Below are positions 9,766 through 17,898 of a DNA stretch of 40,958 nt, in pieces (positions within the stretch are counted from its first letter, which is position 1; every line of letters begins with the position of its first letter). The translations under genes were made by a program, and so were the position numbers. Where the stretch lies: assembly GCA_029858305.1 (NCBI GenBank), contig JAOUFI010000014.1, forward strand, positions 1 to 40,958. Direction: 5' to 3'. Source of the DNA: Candidatus Thorarchaeota archaeon (GTDB lineage Archaea; Asgardarchaeota; Thorarchaeia; Thorarchaeales; Thorarchaeaceae). The notes beneath the pieces were generated by a model, which saw only the letters and a program-made list of their open reading frames with translations, was not told where the DNA came from and searched no databases.

Positions 9766-10847
9766 AAGACAATATCAATCCAAACGTAAAAGAAGGGTGG
9801 ACGGGTCCTGGAAGAAGGGATGGGGTGATTCATCCTCTTAGACCTGAAGATGATGCGTTGCACATCGATGTAGGCAAGAAAAACCAATTCGAATGGTGGT
9901 ATTTCGATGCTCATCTCGATGGTGGCTACACTCTTGTTGCATTCTTCTACGCTGCAAATCCTAATCCCGGTTTGAACTCAGGCAAGACTGGCGTTGAGCT
10001 TGTTCTTCTACGTCCGGATGGTCGGAAGACACAGAGGTTCATCAAGTACAAAAAATCAGAATTCTCTGCATCACGTGAAAAAGCTGACGTGAAGATAGGC
10101 AAGAACTATCTCGAGGTTGATTACTCTCAAGGAGACCTTCCTATCTATCGAATTCATCTCGATGAGGAGGAACTTGCTTTTGATTTGACATACAAATCCC
10201 TAGTTGTTGGATGGAAACCTGGAACAGGCTTCTCACACTTTGCAGATCTTGGTTATTTCGCGTGGGTCGTTCCGTTTGCTAAAGCTGATGTGAGCGGTAT
10301 AGTTCGTGATGGCAATAAGACAATAAATGTCACGGGTGTTGGGTATCATGATCATAATTGGCTTAATTTCGCCTTCGCTACAATAATCGAGTACTGGATG
10401 TGGGGCAGGGTATACTCCGAGAATTTCACTCTCTCCTATGCATTCATACAGTGCAATCAGAAAGTTGACCGTCATGTAGTGAAGGTACTAATGCTAGCGA
10501 AAGGAAAAGATGTCATCCTGAGTTCTGGTGAGTTTGATTTCAGACAGGAGAATTTCGAATACAGCAAGGCGGCTGGTCATAGTTTTCCAAGAACAATTAT
10601 CATTACCAATCCAGAAAAAGGTGAAATCAAACTAGATGTTGCTAGAATCCTTGAGGCTGAGAGCATGCTTGCCAACTTCAATATAGCATTAAGATTCATA
10701 GCTAAAAACATACTTAGGATGAAACCCGGTTACTTTAGACTGAATTCAGATTTTGCACTAAGGATAACACATGATGGAAACACCTACACGGAGGTTGGTA
10801 ACACACTTCACGAGATTGTGACATTCAAGCAGTTAGGTCCAAGTTAG
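9762..10847 (+). CDS. CrtC/AttH (hydroxyneurosporene synthase / lipocalin-like double barrel) family protein
   Basis: Family motifs 'EWWYFDAHLD' and 'GVGYHDHNW...W.WGR'. ATGA overlap with the upstream gene. Confidence 0.75.
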   Translation: MKDNINPNVKEGWTGPGRRDGVIHPLRPEDDALHIDVGKKNQFEWWYFDAHLDGGYTLVAFFYAANPNPGLNSGKTGVELVLLRPDGRKTQRFIKYKKSEFSASREKADVKIGKNYLEVDYSQGDLPIYRIHLDEEELAFDLTYKSLVVGWKPGTGFSHFADLGYFAWVVPFAKADVSGIVRDGNKTINVTGVGYHDHNWLNFAFATIIEYWMWGRVYSENFTLSYAFIQCNQKVDRHVVKVLMLAKGKDVILSSGEFDFRQENFEYSKAAGHSFPRTIIITNPEKGEIKLDVARILEAESMLANFNIALRFIAKNILRMKPGYFRLNSDFALRITHDGNTYTEVGNTLHEIVTFKQLGPS

Positions 10848-10856
10848 ATGTAAGTA

Positions 10857-11255
10857 CTATTTCCTCTTTATCGATGTCAATGAATCTATACTTGTTTCAA
10901 CGTCATCAGGTGATAGTATCTCATCTGTGAGTAGTTGTCTCAGGATGCTAAGATGCTGGTCATCAAGCATGTAGTCTTCTGTTTCAAGTACATTTAGTGT
11001 GGCACTATGGTTCCACTCAGCATCTTCATCGTCTATTGTGTGCAAGGTGACTACATGATACGGACCTGCTCGGCCAACCATTAGGCGCATATTACTATAT
11101 GTTACTTCCTTCATTTCACTGCCTACAAATCTCCTGGCATAGGCCTGTATTGCGGCTATGAAAGAGCCAAAGAGATCAGGATCAACTCGAATATTTTCAA
11201 GACCAACTGATGCCTGATATAATCCTCCATCATCAAATACGATCATGCCCTTCAT
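10857..11255 (-). CDS. longin-like small protein (Asgard type)
   Basis: Pattern beta(GMIVFD)-beta(GLYQAS)-helix(DPDLFGSFIAAIQAYARRF)-beta-beta-beta-helix, with no leading helix. ATG at 11255; the ORF track uses the GTG at 11261. Confidence 0.65.
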   Translation of the reverse strand: MKGMIVFDDGGLYQASVGLENIRVDPDLFGSFIAAIQAYARRFVGSEMKEVTYSNMRLMVGRAGPYHVVTLHTIDDEDAEWNHSATLNVLETEDYMLDDQHLSILRQLLTDEILSPDDVETSIDSLTSIKRK

Positions 11256-11392
11256 GCGCACAACACCAATCTTTAGATGATTTTCTTTCTTATGAATCTT
11301 AAAACACTATTAATGCGTGTAATAGGCATTTTGTATAGTATTCTCTATAGAAATTTTGATACACAAAGAGATTTCAACTAATGTGTCATATC

Positions 11393-11779
11393 TTAACCGA
11401 GGAGTGCTCCTACTTCTCTGGCGTATTTTCGCATCTGAGTGACTGCAAGACCCATTGATGTCAAGTCCCGAGCAGAACCCATTAATAGGAATTCCCCTGC
11501 GTGCGAGAGAACCACAAAACCTTGCTTCCCTCGAACTACTACTTCATAGAGTTCATCAAGTCCGAGCTTTCCAGCTGCCATATCTCCTGTCATGAGGAGT
11601 GCAGCACTAACTGCAGCCATGAGATCTGGATCTGCATCCGAATCTTCTGTTGCGAAGTACGCAAGTTTTACGCCTTGCTTACTTACAACTGCGATTGCAT
11701 CTAGGTCTGCGTAGTTCGTGAGCCCCATTAAAAGCTCCACTAATTCCTTTTCCTTTGCTGGGTCTATATGTGATGACAT
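11393..11779 (-). CDS. roadblock/LC7 (MglB/LAMTOR-like) domain protein
   Basis: Roadblock pattern 'LDAIAVVSKQG..LA...DPDLMAAVSAALL...LYEVVVRG..GFVVL....MGLAVTQMRKYA'. GGAGTG RBS before the ATG at 11779. Confidence 0.9.
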   Translation of the reverse strand: MSSHIDPAKEKELVELLMGLTNYADLDAIAVVSKQGVKLAYFATEDSDADPDLMAAVSAALLMTGDMAAGKLGLDELYEVVVRGKQGFVVLSHAGEFLLMGSARDLTSMGLAVTQMRKYAREVGALLG

Positions 11780-11818
11780 TATTATCACTCCCTAATTGGA
11801 TTAGCATATCATTTGAAA

Positions 11819-12748
11819 TTACTTTGCTACAAGTTTCTTGCCCTTCTTGGTCTTTGAATCAGCTGGTGCTGCGCTACCATCTGTTTCAGATTTGAAGAAG
11901 GTTATCAAATCACTAAGGCGTTCTTTCATTTCCGCCTTTATAGGACTCAGTATTGCATCAGGTGTGCCTTTGAGAAGCTCGATGCCAAGAACTCTCCCAT
12001 CTTTTACGATGACTCTTGGAATAAAGCCTTCTGCCATAAATGTTCCCTCTGGGGGATCTCTGACTTTCTCAATTCGTCTTTCGATTTTTTCCTGACCAAA
12101 GACCGCAATTTTATGCTCTGCAACTGTGTAGAGATCGTTGTAAACAATTACGAGTTCTCTTTGGTACCCTTCTGGTGGGTCAACGGTTTCCAACTCTTTT
12201 AACATCTCAGCAATTTCTCCCTGAGAAACAGGAGTCTTTGGAGTAGTGATTGGAGGTGGGGAAGATGATGCACGGGCAGAAGATGCTGCAGGCTGAGATC
12301 TTGGCGGTAGATCTGTTTCATGCTTAGGTGTCATGGCCTGTTCTCTCCTAGCTATTTCATCAGTGGATCTTGGAGGTGGTGCTGACATAGTTGCGGCCGC
12401 AGGTTCCTTCTTTGGTTTTGGAGGTGCTGGCGGAGGCGCCTTATCTCCAGGTTTCATGATGCGAGTGGCAGCAGTTGTTCCATTCAACGCAGAGAAGAAT
12501 GTTGGCGGCTCCTCGCCCTCATCCAAAGGCCTTACCTTGAAGTGAAATCCATACTCAGTCCTGAGGTTAGTAGCAACTCTAGCTCCAATGAATTTCACTC
12601 TAACACCTGCTTGGCTTCCTTTCCAAAGATAGATACTCTTAGTTTCATCATCTACAACACAAACAACGAGATTTGAATCCAAATCATCCTTTGTGAGTTC
12701 TATCTCATTAAGGGTTCCATCTTCCTGGACCTCATAACCTACAACCAT
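11819..12748 (-). CDS. single gelsolin-domain protein with Pro-rich linker and C-terminal domain (1DGelX-like architecture)
   Basis: aa 1-90 'DLDSNLVVCVVD...IYLWKGSQA...DEGEEPPTFFSAL' match a gelsolin/villin repeat. A P/A/S-rich linker and a globular C-terminal segment follow. Confidence 0.8.
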   Translation of the reverse strand: MVVGYEVQEDGTLNEIELTKDDLDSNLVVCVVDDETKSIYLWKGSQAGVRVKFIGARVATNLRTEYGFHFKVRPLDEGEEPPTFFSALNGTTAATRIMKPGDKAPPPAPPKPKKEPAAATMSAPPPRSTDEIARREQAMTPKHETDLPPRSQPAASSARASSSPPPITTPKTPVSQGEIAEMLKELETVDPPEGYQRELVIVYNDLYTVAEHKIAVFGQEKIERRIEKVRDPPEGTFMAEGFIPRVIVKDGRVLGIELLKGTPDAILSPIKAEMKERLSDLITFFKSETDGSAAPADSKTKKGKKLVAK

Positions 12749-12985
12749 AATCTATCACTACGCCAATGTTGACCTTACCTGTTGCAGTGTGGCAACTCAA
12801 GACATATACCTTGTGTGTATTGCCAGTGTACAACATAAGCCTTCTTTGTGCTATATGATTGTTATTGTGTTAGATATGCCTCGGTATTGTATTGATTTTC
12901 CACTAAACTTCCCCCACATTTTCCAATTCATTAATGTGAAATACTCTTATGAGTGGAGTCGTACTATATGTTTTGGTTGGATGCG

Positions 12986-13999
12986 ATGCAAGAGCGACCT
13001 GATTCTATCCATATGCTAGCTCGAGGGCTCGATGAAACAGATAGATTGAGTAGGAAACAAATTCTCTTGGGATTATTAGGATCTACCGCTCTGATGATTG
13101 TTTCTACTTGGGGTGTTCTTTCTTTACTGAATTTTGTGCAAGTCTATCCTGTGGATCCAATTAAGATTCTACCATACACGTTATACATGCTTGCTGGTTC
13201 AGTACTTTCCACAGTCATCGCTTTCATTCTGTGCATAGTTGTGATTCGTTGGCCTCGGATTGTTAACATTCCTCTAAGGATACATCGCTATGCGAAAAAA
13301 GGTACAGGTGAGTATTTTCTTAGTCCTGAATTCACAGATCAAACATGGTCAGTTGTCCTTCGGCGGTCACTCTACGGATCGATTCTTGTAGTTGGGATTT
13401 CACTCACAATCCTTGGTTTCGATATGATGGTAGCATCCACTGATTTTCTTCTCATTAGTGGAACATACTTGATGTTCATCAGCATCATTATACTCCCATT
13501 CACTCTTCTTGAATTCTATTATGGGCCTTGGCTTGTGAAAGATTCCGGTTTATATCATCTTGATGAAAGGGACAGGTCGTTGAGTAATGTTGGTGACGAC
13601 CTCGAAGATATTTTGGAATTCTTTGCAGGCATTGATATTCTCTTCATACTTCTTGAGCTCACAATCAGCGTTGGTGGTACTGCTCCTTGGCTTCCAGTCT
13701 TCATAATCCTAATTCCACTCGGTCCGCTCTTCTCCATTGTTCTCAATTTCACACTCGTCTTCATGCTTTTCAAGAATAAAGCTACATCCTCTATGCTCAA
13801 ATTCCTAAATCATGATTGTGAAGTTCCTGATATGGTCTCAACGCCTGATTACATACGCAGTCGTGTTTTGGCATTAATAGATCGCGAGTTACTTGTGAAG
13901 CCATCAATAGAAGAACCTGATGTATTACCTCTTTCAGAAGTGAATGCTTCTGTTCTTATAGAAAATGACATTGAGCTAGTTATTGAGGATGACGACTGA
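12986..13999 (+). CDS. hypothetical polytopic membrane protein with acidic C-terminus
   Basis: About 6 hydrophobic segments. Start uncertain (12953 GTG to 13013 ATG). Its 3' end overlaps the convergent thiQ by 24 nt. Confidence 0.7.
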   Translation: MQERPDSIHMLARGLDETDRLSRKQILLGLLGSTALMIVSTWGVLSLLNFVQVYPVDPIKILPYTLYMLAGSVLSTVIAFILCIVVIRWPRIVNIPLRIHRYAKKGTGEYFLSPEFTDQTWSVVLRRSLYGSILVVGISLTILGFDMMVASTDFLLISGTYLMFISIIILPFTLLEFYYGPWLVKDSGLYHLDERDRSLSNVGDDLEDILEFFAGIDILFILLELTISVGGTAPWLPVFIILIPLGPLFSIVLNFTLVFMLFKNKATSSMLKFLNHDCEVPDMVSTPDYIRSRVLALIDRELLVKPSIEEPDVLPLSEVNASVLIENDIELVIEDDD

Positions 14000-15037
14000 G
14001 TCCGAGATGAATGAAAAGTATACAGCCCTTTCATCATTTTCTCTCAGTTTTGTTACCAAGGATTCATCATAGGTCAGAGCAATTATTTGTATGCCTTCAA
14101 AATCAATAGTGATCTTGAAAGAACCAACTTGGGGAATTATTGATATCACCTCTCCCCTTGCAGAATTCGAAGTATTTTCGGTAGATATTGTGATATCCTC
14201 TGGTTTGATACTGAGTTTCAATCGATCTCCAAGTTTCATATTTGCCCTGTTTGGAATTTCAACACCGCTGATGTTAATGACAGTTTTTCCCTGTTGACCC
14301 TCCTTGACAACACCTTCCAATACATTCCCACTGCCAAGAAATCTCGCTACAAACTCGTTTGCTGGGCAATCATAGATTTCTTCAGGAGTTCCTACTTGCA
14401 CAACTCTTCCATCTTGAATTATTGCCACACGATCAGATATTGCAAATGCCTCATCTTGGCTATGAGTGACATATATGGTTGTTATGCCAAGTTTCTTCTG
14501 GATTCTCCTGATTTCAGTTTGAAGTCGTTCTCTAAGCTGAGGATCTAATGCAGAGAGTGGTTCATCAAGCAATAATAACTCTGGCTGCTTTGCAAGAGCT
14601 CGGGCAAGAGCTACGCGTTGTGCTTCCCCGCCGCTTATCTCGTTGATTCTCCTCATTAACAATGGTCGAATGTCAAGTAAGTCTGCTAGTTCTTCAACTC
14701 GTGCGACTGTTCTTTCATGCGTCCATTCGGCCATATCTGGTCCGAAGGCGATATTTTGATAGACAGTCATGTTTGGGAAGAGTGCTACTGATTGGAAAAC
14801 CATACCAATATTTCTCTCACGTGTTGGAACTCTAACAACCTCTTCCGAATCAAAGAGTATACTGCCCTGATCCACTTCAATAAATCCCGCTATCATCCTA
14901 AGTGTCGTAGTCTTCCCAGAACCGCTTGGACCAAGAAGCGTTACTAATTCACCATCTTCTATACGAAGATCTATTGGACCGACTCTCGTTCCATCTGCAA
15001 ATACTCTTACAAGTCCTCTAAGTTCAACTGTTGCCAT
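13976..15037 (-). CDS. thiQ: ABC transporter ATP-binding subunit (thiamine, ThiQ/PotA-like with TOBE domain)
   Basis: Walker A GPSGSGKT, signature 'ISGGEAQR', Walker B 'LLLLDEP' and H-loop. Coupled to the permease gene. Confidence 0.88.
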   Translation of the reverse strand: MATVELRGLVRVFADGTRVGPIDLRIEDGELVTLLGPSGSGKTTTLRMIAGFIEVDQGSILFDSEEVVRVPTRERNIGMVFQSVALFPNMTVYQNIAFGPDMAEWTHERTVARVEELADLLDIRPLLMRRINEISGGEAQRVALARALAKQPELLLLDEPLSALDPQLRERLQTEIRRIQKKLGITTIYVTHSQDEAFAISDRVAIIQDGRVVQVGTPEEIYDCPANEFVARFLGSGNVLEGVVKEGQQGKTVINISGVEIPNRANMKLGDRLKLSIKPEDITISTENTSNSARGEVISIIPQVGSFKITIDFEGIQIIALTYDESLVTKLRENDERAVYFSFISDSVVILNN

Positions 15038-16677
15038 TAGAGTGCACCTCCAACACTTCCTTCAGAAACTTTATCCATTGCAAGAAAGGCCATTACGCAT
15101 ACTATTACAAGGATTAGAGCAGATGCTCCTGCTTCAACAAATTTTCTTACACCTAGATTGTCATATATCGCAACAGCAAGTGTGAAATTTTGAGGAAGGG
15201 CAATAAACAAGGTAGCTGACATCTCTCCTATTGCCATTGCAAATGCGAAAACTGCTCCAACGAGTATACCTGGAGCCAACAATGGCAATTCAACGAAAAA
15301 AAGCCTCTGAAGACTTGAAGCACCTAAAGAGTCTGATTGATCGATGAGATGAGAATCAATACTTCTTAGTGAAATTTCAATCGATCTAGTTGTAAATGGA
15401 AGACCTATGATAGTCTGCGCTAGCACAATAATTGGCCACGGATTAATATTGAGGCCTGTAGGAACTGCGATTGCTGTCATTAGACCATAAGCAATCGTGA
15501 TGGATGAGACACCAAGCGGTAGCAAAACCATCATTGATGCAAGAGAAGGAAGTATCTGCGTCTTTGATCTATGTGCATATGCCAAAGGAATTCCTAGTCC
15601 GACAGACAATAGAGTCGCAAGTCCGCTGTAAAAGAGAGAATTAACGAGTGGTCTGAATCCTCCTCCTGCATCAGTGTTGAATAGATAGAGGAAACCATCA
15701 AGGGTGTACATTTTAGATATGGGATCAAAAAACGCGGCTCTGATTATTGATGCAATGGGTCCTGCAACAAGGAATAGCATGAGTATGAAATAGAGAATAA
15801 TAAGGAAAATTTCTGACGACTTGTAACTACGAAGGGTCGTGGTCTTTATCGAAGAAGTAGGACTGGATCGCTCTCCCTCATTTCGTCCCAAACGGACATA
15901 TGTGAGAGCCAATGTAAGTGTGAAGAGGATCTGAACTATGACCAAGGAGCTTGCCTGTCCATAGTCTGCCCATCTGAATGCATTCCAGATCTGAACCTCA
16001 ATGGTTCTATAGGACCCGTGTCCAAAGGCAAGGACAATTGGAAATGACATGAAACAGAAGAGAAATGTAAGAATTGCTGATGCAATCAAGGATGGCATGA
16101 TGTGAGGGAGTGTGATGCGTCTGAAACGCTGCTTTGCGTCCGCTCCAAGCAAATCTGCTGCCTCTTCGATTTCTGGATTTATTCTCTCCATTGAAGCAGA
16201 AACAAGAAGAATGACAAGTGGTGCATTATAGAAAGTATGTGCAAGTATGATTCCCGGAATATCAGTTGCTAAATTGAGAACTGAATCTGATGACTGAAGA
16301 ATCCACATAAGTGCAGAATCGACTATACCATATTGACCAAACATCTGTAGAAAACCGACTACCACAACAATGGGTGGTAAAACAAAGGGGATGATAATTA
16401 GTGCACGAACTAGATTCTTCCCTGAAAATTTTAATCGCGCCAACAGAATAGCTCCGGGAAGGCCAATAATAAGTGCCAGGATAGTGCTTAAGACTGCTTG
16501 AAGAATTGTGAATTCTATATATGACCAGTTGTACGCGATGGACTCTGCGAATGGCATTCCAGTTTCAGATAGTAATCCCAGAACGGTCACTCTGATTACC
16601 GGATAGATGAGGAATGTTCCAAGTATGATTAGTGGTGTCGCTTGCGCAATGATGTTTACCTTATTGTATCCTGCCAC
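15037..16677 (-). CDS. thiP: ABC transporter permease, duplicated TM module (ThiP-like)
   Basis: 'PFVLPPIVVVVGF', 'IILAHTFYN' and two EAA-type loops ('EEAADLLGA', 'DQSDSLGA'). Confidence 0.85.
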   Translation of the reverse strand: MAGYNKVNIIAQATPLIILGTFLIYPVIRVTVLGLLSETGMPFAESIAYNWSYIEFTILQAVLSTILALIIGLPGAILLARLKFSGKNLVRALIIIPFVLPPIVVVVGFLQMFGQYGIVDSALMWILQSSDSVLNLATDIPGIILAHTFYNAPLVILLVSASMERINPEIEEAADLLGADAKQRFRRITLPHIMPSLIASAILTFLFCFMSFPIVLAFGHGSYRTIEVQIWNAFRWADYGQASSLVIVQILFTLTLALTYVRLGRNEGERSSPTSSIKTTTLRSYKSSEIFLIILYFILMLFLVAGPIASIIRAAFFDPISKMYTLDGFLYLFNTDAGGGFRPLVNSLFYSGLATLLSVGLGIPLAYAHRSKTQILPSLASMMVLLPLGVSSITIAYGLMTAIAVPTGLNINPWPIIVLAQTIIGLPFTTRSIEISLRSIDSHLIDQSDSLGASSLQRLFFVELPLLAPGILVGAVFAFAMAIGEMSATLFIALPQNFTLAVAIYDNLGVRKFVEAGASALILVIVCVMAFLAMDKVSEGSVGGAL

Positions 16678-16689
16678 AAATCGCCCCTC

Positions 16690-17829
16690 TCATCCTGGCG
16701 TCATCACAGTATCGTATTGCATAAGCCAATTCTGAAGATTGGATGCAATTTCGGTGCTGTTCAAAAGCGTATTTAATAGGCTTATCTCATCAGGATGTAT
16801 TGCGTATTGAAAAACGCTTGGAAGAGTGAGATCAGAGCGAACTGGAAACATCCACTGGTTCAAAGCAATCTCTTGTTGGACACTAGCATTGAGACAATAA
16901 TCGATGAAGGCTTTGCCTAGCTGTGGATTGGGACCATTTTTGACCAATCCCATTCCCTCTACTTGCATCCAAGCCCAGTGGTCACCATTGTAGTAGAATG
17001 GCGCTATTGCGGTATCTGGAGCAGTTCCTAAGTAGTGAGCTGAATATGCTGGATCAGTGCCGTAGCTTACTAACAGATGTTTTGTAGGGTCAGAAGACCA
17101 AGCTGACCAAGCTTCTGTCCACCCTTCTTCTACATCAACATCATTCTTAACAGTGTTCCACCATGCTGTCCAGTCTTCATGAAGAATTTTATCATATACA
17201 GCGATTTGAGATAGCAGGAATGAAAGACCGGGACTACTTAGATGTGGATCTTCAGTTACTAAGGCTGAAGAAAGTTCTGTACTAGCCAAGTCAGCAAAGG
17301 TTAGATTGGCTAATTGCGGGTGAGTGGTTGTGTTGATTGTATTCATTGAATAAATCAATGTGACCAATCCATAATCAAATGGAGTGAGGTAATGATCAGG
17401 ATCGAGCAAGTTCACAAGTGTTTCATTAATCTGTCCAAGATTAGATGAGGTGTATGGCTCAAGCACATTGCGTGCTGTTTCTTGAAGAATGAGTATATTA
17501 TCTATCCCAATTACTACATCGGCTATTGGATTTGCAGCCTCCGCATTCAATCTTGATACAATGAAGTTTGCATCTCCCTCAAGAATAACAAAATCGATGT
17601 CTATTCCATATTTCTCTTCAAACGAGGCAAAAGCTCGTTCAAGAACAACCTCTGCTCCATCATCCCCCCACTCCATAAAACTGCTGTAAGTGTAGATGAC
17701 AAAGCGTGGTTTCCACCAGGTAACCACTCCATACCAAGCAACGATGATGATTACAATTGTAACAGCTGCTCCGATGAGAATTTGTGGATTTCTTCGAACT
17801 GGATACTCTGCCACGCCAATGATCACCAT
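16690..17829 (-). CDS. thiB: thiamine ABC transporter substrate-binding protein (ThiB/TbpA), N-terminal membrane anchor
   Basis: 'IYTYSSF..WG', 'ADVVIGID', 'DP..SSPGLSFL', 'GWTEAW', 'VSYGTDPAY', 'QVEG' and 'QWMFPV'. The true start may be the GTG at 17814, which follows a GGTGA RBS. Confidence 0.9.
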   Translation of the reverse strand: MVIIGVAEYPVRRNPQILIGAAVTIVIIIVAWYGVVTWWKPRFVIYTYSSFMEWGDDGAEVVLERAFASFEEKYGIDIDFVILEGDANFIVSRLNAEAANPIADVVIGIDNILILQETARNVLEPYTSSNLGQINETLVNLLDPDHYLTPFDYGLVTLIYSMNTINTTTHPQLANLTFADLASTELSSALVTEDPHLSSPGLSFLLSQIAVYDKILHEDWTAWWNTVKNDVDVEEGWTEAWSAWSSDPTKHLLVSYGTDPAYSAHYLGTAPDTAIAPFYYNGDHWAWMQVEGMGLVKNGPNPQLGKAFIDYCLNASVQQEIALNQWMFPVRSDLTLPSVFQYAIHPDEISLLNTLLNSTEIASNLQNWLMQYDTVMTPG

Positions 17830-17849
17830 CTAAGGGGTGAAGCAAAACA

Positions 17850-17880
17850 TTCTTATAACAGTTCTTATAATGGTGTTATA
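17850..17880. promoter_or_regulatory. divergent promoter / candidate ThiR operator
   Basis: TTCTTATAA direct repeat at 12-nt spacing (TTATAA-N6-TTATAA) plus a third GTTATA half-site, lying between thiB and thiR. Confidence 0.55.
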
Positions 17881-17898
17881 TTTACTCGGGGACCAACC

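Noticed and set aside
17830-17898. TPP riboswitch upstream of thiB
   Set aside because: The region is too short and lacks the conserved aptamer motifs; a ThiR-type regulator is adjacent.
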